In this document: in pieces, positions 55,027 through 64,000 of the stretch
Layout of the letters: each line of letters starts with the position of its first letter
Position numbering within the stretch: the stretch's first letter is position 1
Source: Candidatus Marinacidobacterales bacterium
GTDB taxonomy: Bacteria > Acidobacteriota > Vicinamibacteria > Marinacidobacterales > DATDRI01
Direction of reading: 5' to 3'
Assembly: GCA_965219415.1 (NCBI GenBank)
Contig: CBDCNP010000002.1
Location: forward strand, 4,928,001-4,992,000
Length of the DNA: 64,000 bases
Notes under the pieces: model-generated
The model's input: the letters and a program-made list of their open reading frames with translations, nothing else
The model's database searches: none
Told to the model about the DNA's origin: nothing
Translations under genes and position numbers: made by a program

Positions 55027-55180
55027 ATCGAGACACGCTCCACGATGTTGCGAGTGACGTGCTGTCTACGCCGGTCATAGAACTGTGTGGCCCGAGGGGT
55101 TGGAGTGTCCGGCCAGATACTGCACGTCCTCCAGGGGCACGTTCTGGCTGAGTATATCCGTGATCTCCATCACGCGGATG
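55023..55180 (-). pseudogene. C-terminal remnant of a tyrosine recombinase
   Basis: RVMEITDILSQNVPLEDVQYLAGHSNP (frameshift) TQFYDRRRQHVTRNIVERVSI-stop. The first ~45 bp recur at 16435-16480. Confidence 0.75.
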
Positions 55181-56121
55181 GGTGCTTCCGCAATTAAGTG
55201 TTGGCGGCCAGCCCCTAACCAGTCTGCGTGCTAGAGTTTGAACCAGAATTCCGAAGACACAGTTCTCTCATCGTCAGGGCCGAGCCAAAGTGAAGAATAG
55301 CAGATGTCTCAATCTCGCATGTCCGTTGCGGGGCAAAGTCAGTTCCGGAAACATCGTTCGCCACGGATTCTACCGAACCAGGTCCGGGAAGCGCCGTCGA
55401 TACCGGTGCGGCGAGTGCGGAAAGACGTTCTCCTCGACGAAAGGCACGCCCTACTACCGTCTCCAACATCGAAGAGCTACTTTCGATGGGGTCATCGCTC
55501 TCAGAGTCGAGGGTGTCAGCATTTCCGCGATTTCCAGGATCAAAGGGATTGCCTGGAACACCGTCGCCCGCTGGCTCGAGAAGGCAGCCCAAGTGTGTCG
55601 TCGATTCAATCACAGAAGGATCGCTGGCTTCGCTGCCGAAGAGCTTCAAGCCGACGAGATTCGCACGTTCGCGGGCAACAAGAAGGCACCGAGTTGGGTC
55701 TTCGTTACAATCGAAGTCTGGTCTCGGCTCTGGCCATCGACGGTGACGGGAAGGCGAAGCTACCCGAACACTCACGCTCTGTTTCGCGACCTTTCGAGAC
55801 GGATGAATTTCGAGCGTCTTCCCTTGATCGTCACGGATGGATTCGGATTCTACCAGAAGGTCATCCGTCGCTTCTTCGGTCCAGCGTGTCTCTACGGCCA
55901 GGTCCTAAAAACGCGCAGGAACGATCGCATCATCAAGGTCGAACGGAGAGCGCTGCACGGAGCCGCGTGGCGATTCTAAGACACGCTCAATAACTCCGAG
56001 GACTCTTCGACATTGAACACGTCGTTCATCGAGCGGTTGAATCTGACCATCCGGCGAAGCTCGGCATACCTTTCGAGACGAACGCTTTCCCACGCTCGCT
56101 CGACGGAGAGGCTCGATGAGC
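55181..56121 (+). mobile_element. IS1-family element, copy 6; internal stop (55977-55979), 3'-truncated by a family-A end
   Basis: Left TIR present; ends at GCTCGATGAGC|TGTGCATCG. Confidence 0.92.
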
Positions 56122-57175
56122 TGTGCATCGTCAAAACTGCTCCGCCCACGAAATCAAGGACTTACGCTCCGCTTGAATTCCGGGCTGAAGACGGCGAAAC
56201 TCCGCCGCTATGCTCGACGTTTGTTGTCTTCCTCGTCTTACTTGGCGTCCGTGCCATTCGGGCGATGTGTCGGCACCGCGCCGACCTCGTCCTGTGCCAA
56301 AACTCGGCCTTCTTGAAATAGCCGATAAATCAGCAGCTTAGCGTCTGTGTTTTGCGACCGGGCCAAGGGCCGTGGGCTCTACAATCGTCTGGCCCGAGGG
56401 TGTTATCTTCAGACCCATGATGACGTACCACGTGCAATTCCTACTGCTCGTTCTGGCTGGCTGGGTCAACCGCCAGCAGCAGGATGTGAGCGACTACCTG
56501 CGAGAGGAAAACCGTGTGCTCCGAGCCGGGCTTCGGGGCAAGCGTCTCAGGCTCTCTGACGACGACCGGCGGAGGCTCGCCGTCAAGGCCCAGGCCTTGG
56601 GCCGCGAGGCGCTGGCCCAGATTGCGTCGGTTGCCACACCCGCTACGCTTCTACGCTGGTTGTGCATCGTCAAAATTGCTTCGCCCAAGAAATCAAGGAC
56701 TTACACTCCGCTTGAATTCCGGGCCGAAGACGGCGAAACTCCGCCGCTATGCTCGATGTTGTTGTCTTCCTCGTCTCACTTGGCGTCCGTGTCATTCGGG
56801 CGATGTGTCGGCACCGCGCCGACCTGGTGTTGGAGAACGTCGCTTTGCGGCAGCAAGTGACGGCGCTGAAGAAAGAGCGCCCGCACCCACCGCTCGACGA
56901 CACGGAACGGGCTTTCTGGGTTGCTCTTCGAGGTTCGTGGCCCGTGTGGGCGAGCCGCCTGCTCATCGTCCACGCGGACACCGTGGCCCGTTGGCACAGA
57001 CGCTAAGCTGTTGATTTTATCGGCTATTTCAAAAGGGCTGAGTTTTGGCACAGGAAGGGACTGCTGTCGTGCGCTCCGCAACGCTGGCTGTCGCCATGGT
57101 GTTGACCGCGTGCGCGGTCGCAACGACAGGGAGCGGTGCTTCCGCAATTAAGTGTTGGCGGCCAGCCCCTAACCG
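56122..57175. mobile_element. Nest: A left end (56122), B left end plus N-terminus (56288), A left end (56661), inverted B left end (to 57057), IS1 left TIR (57135)
   Basis: All end motifs were read directly from the sequence. Confidence 0.88.
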
Positions 57176-57179
57176 TCTC

Positions 57180-58159
57180 AGGGTCCGTGGATGAGGAGTT
57201 GCTCCTGCGCAACGAGTATCTTGTGGCCGAGCTCGGAAAGCGTCTGGGTAAGCAAGCCCTTGATGAGATCGCGAGTATCGTGAATCCCGACACGATCCTA
57301 GGTTGGCACCGGAGGCTTGTCGCGAAGAAGTTCGACAGCTCCGAGAACCGTCCGTATCCAGGGCGACCGCGGATCGACGCCGACATCGAAGAGCTGGTAG
57401 TGCGTCTCGCCAAGGAGAACAAGTCCTGGGGTTACGACCGGATTGCCGGGGCGCTAGCCAACCTCGGGTATGAAGTGGCCGACCAAACCGTCGGTAACAT
57501 TCTGAAACGCCACGGCATTCCGCTCGCACCAGAGCGTCGGAAGACCACGACGTGGAGGGAGTTTATCCGCTCGCACATGGACGTGCTCGCGGCGACAGAT
57601 TTCTTCACCACGCAAGTGTGGACTCAGGGCGGGTTGGTGACGTACTACGTTCTGTTCTTCATGCACCTGGCTACCCGTCGAGTCCACGTTGCCGGCATCA
57701 CGCCGCATCCGAACGAACAGTGGATGACTCAAGTGGCTCGCAACGTGACCATGGCAGATGTCGGCTTTCTGTCCTCGAGCCGATACCTCATTCACGACCG
57801 GGACTCGAAGTTCTGCGAGTCGTTCCACCGGACCATCGAGGCGGTTGGCGTCGCGCCCGTCAAGCTGCCCGCACGGAGCCCGGATTTGAACTCGTTCGCG
57901 GAGCGCTGGGTGAAGTCCGTCAAAGAGGAATGTCTCTCGAAGCTCATCCTGTTCGGCGAGAAGTCGCTCCGTCATGCGCTTAGGGAGTACGTCGTCTACT
58001 ATCACCACGAGAGGAATCATCAAGGCAAGGAGAATCTGCTGCTGTTCCCAGCCAGCGACCAGTTACCTCAGTCCGAGCGCAAGGTGCGCTCCCGTGAACG
58101 GCTTGGCGGGTTGCTACGTTTCTACCATCGGGAAGCCGCATGAGTATTTTGACCTCACG
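57180..58159 (+). mobile_element. Family-B integrase-core transposase, 5'-disrupted, with right end
   Basis: TILGWHRRL...WGYDRI...AATDFF...IHDRDSKF...SPDLNSFAERW...FYHREAA-stop (58143), then GTATTTTGACCTCACG. Confidence 0.88.
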
Positions 58160-58259
58160 GGCATTCTCAACTACTACTGCGGTGCCGCGTAGATGGTCGC
58201 CGGCGACGGTAGCCCCTTGGTGGGCTCGACCGGCGTAGCGTGGAAACAGCTTCAGGAAC

Positions 58260-58352
58260 TTCGGCCTGCGCCAGGATGCCGTCCACGGCCTCCAGCGCCC
58301 CCGGCATCTTCAGGTCCGCCAGCATTGCCCGCAGTCGGTCTCGCCGGTTACC
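58260..58352 (-). pseudogene. istB: IS21-family IstB N-terminal fragment
   Basis: RRDRLRAMLADLKMPGALEAVDGILAQAE. Confidence 0.55.
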
Positions 58353-58359
58353 CGCCGCC

Positions 58360-58952
58360 TTCAATGGCACGGACTCGAAGTTGCTTGGCGGCACGGTAGA
58401 GGTTGACGAGACGTACATGGGCTGCAAGCGCAAGAACATGAGCAACGCGAAGCGCAAGGATCTGGAAGGCCGTGGAACGGTGGGCAAGACGGCGGTTGTG
58501 GGCGCGAAGGAGCGCGATGGCCGGGTCAAGGCTCAGCCGGTGCAATCCACGGACAGCGAGACTCTGAGCGGATTCGTGCAGGACGCCATTGAGTCCGGCT
58601 CCACTGTCTTCACGGACGGTGCCAGCGCCTACGACAGCGTGGAGGGATTCGAGCACGATACGGTCAACCAAACATTGCCAAGGAATACGTCCATGGAAAA
58701 GCGGACACGAACGGCATAGAATCATTCTGGTCGCTATTGAAGCGCGGCTACTACGGCACATATCACAAGATCAGCGTGAAGCACCTGTACCGCCACGTCA
58801 ACGAGTTTGCGGGCCGTCACAACATCCGGGATCTTGATACCATTGCTCAGATTGTCATCATGAGCCAGAGCATGAACGGCAAACGATTGCGCTACAAGGA
58901 CTTGATCCGCTTCAATGGTCTACCTTCCGACGCGAGGGCTATGTCAATATGA
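58360..58952 (+). pseudogene. IS1595-family transposase, 5'-truncated and frameshifted
   Basis: GTVEVDETYMG, GRGTVGKTAVVG, VFTDG, HTNGIESFWSLLKRG..GTYHK.S.KHL..VNEF..RHN, RLRYKDL. Confidence 0.88.
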
Positions 58953-61707
58953 GCGGCCCGCGCAACACGGAGCCGCAAGCGAACGGTGCGCTGGCTCGTG
59001 CGCTGAGACGACGAAACCCAGGCTGGAACGACAACACTGTCCACGCCGAACGGACCCACGTGATTCAGCAAGCTGTGCCAGGCACGGGGACAGGCAAGAG
59101 GCCGGACATTCTCATAGCCCCGCCTCGCCGCCAGCCAGTGATCGTGGAGACGGAATTCGCCCCCGCACACACGGTCGATCAAGACGCGACCGCCAGGCTC
59201 GGGACGAGCTTGCACAGTACCGGAGAGGACATCGAAGGCGTGCTCTCCGTTGTCTTGCCGGAGAGAGCCTCAAGACAGGTGACCTCGAAACCATCGAAAG
59301 CGCAGCGTTGCGCTACGCCACGCATTACCTGGATTCCAAGGGAGAAAGCATCCGCTGGCCGCCGGAGAGGAAGTGGCTTGAGGGGGGCGTGGACGACCTT
59401 GCTGATGCCATCGAATACCTGTCCCTCTCGGAACGGCAACTGGCGCGAGGGACGGAAGCCCTTGAACAAGTGGTACGGAACGCGGCGGGACTGCTGGCCG
59501 AGCACGCCGGTGAGGGCCCACTGGCGCGGATCGCCCGTGACCTGCATCAAGGAGAAGGCAAGCAGACCGAGCGCATGGCAGCGGCTATCTGCGTCTCGGC
59601 CTTCGTGTTTCATGCAGCGATCGAAAGGCAGCAACAGATCCCGCCGGTTCCGTTAGCGGGATCTATCGACAAGGGGACGCTTCTGGGCGTATGGAACGCG
59701 ATTCTCGAAGTCAACTACTGGCCGATCTTCAGCGTCGCCAGTGACTTGGTGAAGGAATTGCCGATCAAGGCGGTTCCGCCGGTCATGAACCGCATCGCGG
59801 AGTCCATCTCCGACTTGGCGCAGCTGGGCGCGACGACCTATCACGACCTTACTGGGAGGATGTTCCAGACCCTTATCACGGATCGGAAGTTCCTGGCCAC
59901 CTTCTACACATTGCCCGAGTCAGCCTGCCTCCTCGCCGAACTAGCGGTCGAGCAGCTAGACGTGGACTGGTCGGACCGGGTCGCGATAGAAGGGCTGCGG
60001 ATTGCGGATTTCGCCTGCGGCACGGGAGCCTTGCTCTCGGCCGCGCAGCGGGCAGTGTATCGGCGCTATCGACGGGCCGGCGGCGATGACAAGGACTTGC
60101 ATCAAGCCCTGATGGAGCGCGTCCTGAGCGGGCTGGACATCATGCGCGCCGCAACGCATCTCACCTGTTCCATGCTGTCCAGCTCCCACCCCTCGCTCGC
60201 CTACGGCAAATCCCAGATCCACACGATGCCCTACGGCATCGATGGCGTCGGTACACACATCGGAGCACTCGACCTTCTCGATTCCGACCATTCCTACTCC
60301 CTGTTCGCCACGGGCGAGTCCATGGGCGGTACAGAATCGGAGAGCCGTAGCGAGCATTCCGTCACGGTCAAGGACAACTCCTGCGATCTGGTCATCATGA
60401 ACCCCCCGTTCACGAGGCCCACAAACCATGAGGGAAGCCACGCCGAGATACCGATCCCATCCTTCGCGGGATTCGGCACTCCTCTTAGCGAACAGAGGGC
60501 TATGTCGAGAATGCTCGGCAAGTGCAAGCCCGAGTTCGGTCACGGCAACGCTGGGCTGGCGTCGAACTTCATGGATCTCGGCCACCGCAAGCTGAGAGAT
60601 GGAGGCGTGCTGGCCTTGGTACTGCCATCCTCACTTGCACGAGGCCAGGCATGGGAGAAGGCGAGAAAGGCGCTGGCGGCAAACTATTCCGATATCCACA
60701 TCCTGTCCATCGCCGCGACGGGGACGACGGCAAGGGCTTTCTCGGCAGACACGGGCATGGCCGAGTGCCTTGTCGTAGCCAATAAACGGAGCGGAGGCGG
60801 AATGCGTTTCACGAATCTGTCCTACCGGCCAGCAGGGTTGCTGGAATCGGCTCTGACTGCAAGGGAGACAGGACAGGGGACGTCGAACGCTCCGGCAATC
60901 CGCAGCGCCTTTAACGGCAGCCTTCTCGACCCATGCGGAGCAGGAGTGCTTAGCGAGAGCGTGGGAAATGCGGCACGGGCACTAGCTTGCGGGGAGTTCG
61001 TGTTCCCCCAATCGCTAGCGTCGGAAGGCATTGCCGTCACCCAGCTAGGGAATGTTGCAGAACGAGGGCTCGTTGATAGGGACATCAACGGCAAGCCACC
61101 TGCAAGCAATGCCCTGCCTCGGGGTGCGTTCGATATCCGCCCCATCCGCAAGGATGAACTTCCCACCTATCCCGCGTTGTGGGGACACAACGCTGAGCGA
61201 GAACGGCAGTTTGTCGTTCCGCCAGACAGATGTGGCGAAGTGCGTCCGAAGATGAAGTCTCATGCGGTCAAGACGTGGCGTCGAACGGCATCCCGTCTCC
61301 ATTCCAACCGAGACTTCCAGCTCAACTCACAGAGTTTGGCAATGTGTCTCACACCGGAGAAGTGTCTCGGCGGCAGGGCATGGCCGAACGTAATCCCGCG
61401 CGAACCGAAGTACGCGATCCCGCTACTGCTGTGGTGCAACTCGACGCTAGGACTGATCCTGTTCTGGTGGCACGGCACGAGACAGCAGGAAGGTCGATCC
61501 ATACTCACGATCTCCAAGCTGCCAGATCTTCCCGTGCTCGATCCCCGCACCTTGACGGAGGAGCAGGTGGATCACTGCCGTGCGATCTTCGATGACTTCA
61601 AGGATCGCGAGTTCCTACCCGCTAACGAGGCGTGGCGCGACGAGACGCGCAAGGCGCTTGACCGCGATCTGAGCGAGGTTCTCGAACACGCGGAGGTTGC
61701 CGCCTGA
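58949..61707 (+). pseudogene. Type IIG-like restriction-modification fusion (REase-N6 MTase-TRD); +2 frameshift at about 59264, C-terminus replaced by an IS remnant
   Basis: N-terminal RPDILI...VIVETE (ORF 58949), then RKFLATFYT, DFACGTGALL, VIMNPPF (ORF 58915 frame). Confidence 0.82.
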
Positions 61708-61770
61708 TATGATACTCAGATGACGGAGTGGAGGGTGCCGTTCTTTTTCCACGAACATCGGGACACATCC
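61668..61770 (+). mobile_element. IS right-end remnant (second copy of 18222-18324)
   Basis: 103-bp match in the opposite orientation. Confidence 0.7.
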
Positions 61771-61944
61771 ATCGATAGCCGGTATATCGACAAATTCCCC
61801 ATCCCGCATTTTTCTAACAACTTCGCCCTGCGTCTGCGAGAGTTGGTCTTCGAATCAAAGAACGCGAAGCGCAAATCCGACGAACTGCTCGAACAAGCCA
61901 AAACACACGTCGAACAACTCATCGAGGAGGCCGTGAAGCCATGA
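61771..61944 (+). pseudogene. C-terminal fragment of an HsdS-like specificity subunit
   Basis: IDKFPIP...LVFESKNAKRKSDELLEQAKTHVEQLIE. Confidence 0.6.
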
Positions 61945-62135
61945 ATCTGTCTCCGGAAGATTCTAAGCTCCTCGCGGAGCTTTGCGAACAGCACGGCGTT
62001 AGCCAAGAGAAGGTCCTAAAGCTACTATCCGCTGTGCGCGAGTACGAGTTCAAGGACCGGCGCACCGGCATATATAGCGCGCTGCGTGAGATTCTGAAGA
62101 GCAACCCCTCACGGGCTTCGGAACGGCTGGCATGA
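61941..62135 (+). CDS. Small helical protein of the type associated with Dnd-like DNA modification loci
   Basis: LLAELCEQHGVS...LL...EY..K.RRTGIY..LREIL; ATGA overlaps on both sides. Confidence 0.6.
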   Translation: MNLSPEDSKLLAELCEQHGVSQEKVLKLLSAVREYEFKDRRTGIYSALREILKSNPSRASERLA

Positions 62136-62767
62136 GCAATAACAATGACATCATCGGTTTCGTCAAGGACCCGAGCAAGTTGGTGGAACTTTGCCGGGAT
62201 GTCATCGACCAGATCGATGCTAGTTCTGAAGGCGTGGCGGTTGCCGAGCAAGACGCCCAGTTGCACGCCATAGCAAAGGCGATTGAGAAGCTCGAAAAGG
62301 ACCACTTCGGCGTCCCGGACCCGTTACGCGCTGAGAAGACCCGCTTGGCATCCGCCCTGGCTGTGCACGCGGATGCTAAGCAGGCGCTGGCGCAGTTGGC
62401 TGACGAGTTTCAGGACATTTTGAAGGATCTTCGAGAGCGAATCGGGCAGAACACAACTGCCCCGGAAGCCAAGCCTCGCGGCAAGCGCTTGAAACTGCCC
62501 AAGACCCCGTCGGCTGTCTTGCGCGAGCACATTCTGCAGGCACTCAAGAAACAGGGAGGCCGCGCGAGGGTGCGTGACGTGATCGAGGAAATAACCCGGC
62601 AGCTCGAAGGCAAACTTCTACCGGGCGACAGGGAATGGCGCGAGGCGACCAACGAGCCCGCCTGGAAAAACAACGTCAAATGGGAGCGATTGCGGATGAC
62701 GCAGGACGGCGCGCTACGGCGGGGCTCGCCCCATGGCATTTGGGAGCTTGATGAGGATAGTGAATGA
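62132..62767 (+). CDS. Coiled-coil plus Mrr N-terminal-like winged-helix protein
   Basis: ILQALKKQGG...DVIEEI...LLPGD...WKNNVKWERLRM...G.L...SPHGIWEL. Confidence 0.7.
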   Translation: MSNNNDIIGFVKDPSKLVELCRDVIDQIDASSEGVAVAEQDAQLHAIAKAIEKLEKDHFGVPDPLRAEKTRLASALAVHADAKQALAQLADEFQDILKDLRERIGQNTTAPEAKPRGKRLKLPKTPSAVLREHILQALKKQGGRARVRDVIEEITRQLEGKLLPGDREWREATNEPAWKNNVKWERLRMTQDGALRRGSPHGIWELDEDSE

Positions 62768-64000
62768 AGTTCCACAAGCTGACCATCGAGAACTATAAGT
62801 CCTTCCAGTTCCCGACAGAAATCGTTTTCCCGGTTGGAGAGGACGGCTGCAGCATTTTCCTCATCGGCGGCATGAACGGGGCAGGCAAGACCTCGATCAT
62901 GGAGGCCGTGACTTTCTGTCTATATGGTGGCAAGGTCGAGGACATTTACCGCAATATCAACCGGCGGGAAAAGGCAAAAGGCAATGCCAATGTAGCCTTC
63001 GAGCTGGTAATAAAGATGGACGACGGTTCGGAGCTGGTCGTCAAACGTTCGTGGACGGCCGGCGCAGTCAGCGAACCCAAGCCGCGCGACCTGACTGAAC
63101 GGCTGGTGGTAGTTCGCGACGGCAAGCGGGTGTCGGTGCAGACTCAGGAGATATGGCAGGACTTCATTCGCGCAGTAATTCCTAGGGGGATCACGCAATT
63201 TTTCTTCTTCGACGGCGAGAAGATTCAAGAAATCGCGGCCGATGACCATTCTGAAGTGCGCTTGAAGTCGTCGCTGGACGCGGCGCTGGGCATCCAGTTC
63301 ATTAACCGGCTGGCGAGCGACATCGCCTACATCAAACAGGAGGAGCGCAAGGGATTCGTCGAGATCTCAGACGAGGACCTGGAGTTCAAGCAGAGCGAAC
63401 TGAAGCGCGAGGAAAGCAAGCTGGCGCGCAAGCATCAAGAGCGCGACGGGTTAAGGGCAGAGCTAGACGGGTTCAAGGCACAGTTGGAAGAGGCGAAGAA
63501 GCGCTTTGAGGCGACCTTTCACGCCGCGCCGGAGTCGCGCGAGGCGATGCGCGAGCAGGAGAAAAAGCGAGTCTTGGCGGCCAATCGGCAAGCGCAGGTG
63601 GAGAGCGAAGCTCGTGCCCTGAGCGAAAAAGTGCTGCCCTTCACCATCGCGGGCAAACTATTCGACGGTATCCGGCGGCAGATCGAGATCGAACGCGAAT
63701 CGGCCAGCGGCGAGGCAATAAGGGAAAACGCCGCGTCATTGGCGAAACGCATCGTACGAGTGGTCGAGGAACCAGAGCCGATCTATACCGAAAAGCTTTC
63801 CGCAGAACGGATGGCGGAACTTGAACGGCGAATCTTTCGACTCCTGAAAGAAGGTGACCCCAAGGCTAGCGTGGATAAGGTGCTGGACCTTTCGGACCGG
63901 GACGCGGCACGGGTATTGAACGGGATGGAGTCGCTGGAAAACAGCGATGTGTTCCTGCTCAAGCCGTTACTGGAAGAGGCGCACAGCTTGGAGGCGCAGA
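62764..64000 (+). CDS. dndD: DndD-like SMC/Rad50-type ATPase, runs off the window end
   Basis: Hand translation: MKFHKLTIENYKSF...IFLIGGMNGAGKTSIMEAVTFCLYG...IPRGITQFFFFDGEKIQEI, then coiled coil. Confidence 0.75.
   Translation, partial: MKFHKLTIENYKSFQFPTEIVFPVGEDGCSIFLIGGMNGAGKTSIMEAVTFCLYGGKVEDIYRNINRREKAKGNANVAFELVIKMDDGSELVVKRSWTAGAVSEPKPRDLTERLVVVRDGKRVSVQTQEIWQDFIRAVIPRGITQFFFFDGEKIQEIAADDHSEVRLKSSLDAALGIQFINRLASDIAYIKQEERKGFVEISDEDLEFKQSELKREESKLARKHQERDGLRAELDGFKAQLEEAKKRFEATFHAAPESREAMREQEKKRVLAANRQAQVESEARALSEKVLPFTIAGKLFDGIRRQIEIERESASGEAIRENAASLAKRIVRVVEEPEPIYTEKLSAERMAELERRIFRLLKEGDPKASVDKVLDLSDRDAARVLNGMESLENSDVFLLKPLLEEAHSLEAQ

Overview
A GC-rich bacterial accessory region in which dense transposon nests join short, unrelated DNA segments. 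Mobile DNA comprises: four intact 1200-bp IS1-family elements plus degraded copies; three families of unclassified integrase-core (rve-type DDE) elements, whose ends can be read directly from their junctions (family A TGT...ACA; family B with non-canonical CGT...ACG ends, about 13 orphan left ends and MITEs; family C); a disrupted DUF2924/large serine recombinase element with a partial duplicate; and remnants of IS256, IS21, IS1595 and a tyrosine recombinase. Defence-type cargo includes a large DEAD/DEAH helicase, an orphan half-hsdS, a Thoeris-like macro fragment, a three-gene small protein/MNT-like/HEPN module, PIN and HEPN proteins, a complete type I RM operon, a frameshifted type IIG RM gene and the start of a DndD-like locus. 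Housekeeping-type pieces include TlpA, S1/P1 nuclease, a MinD-like plus J/HTH pair, rmuC, pxpA/pxpBC, an MBL hydrolase, VOC-SSS-DJ1 and PaaI. The most striking patterns are: all IS1 and family-A bodies are co-oriented and lack target-site duplications; family B has CG-3' ends; and a conserved ~315-bp non-coding element sits to the right of four different defence-like cargos. No rRNA, tRNA or CRISPR array was seen. Protein family calls rest on motif recognition, not database searches.
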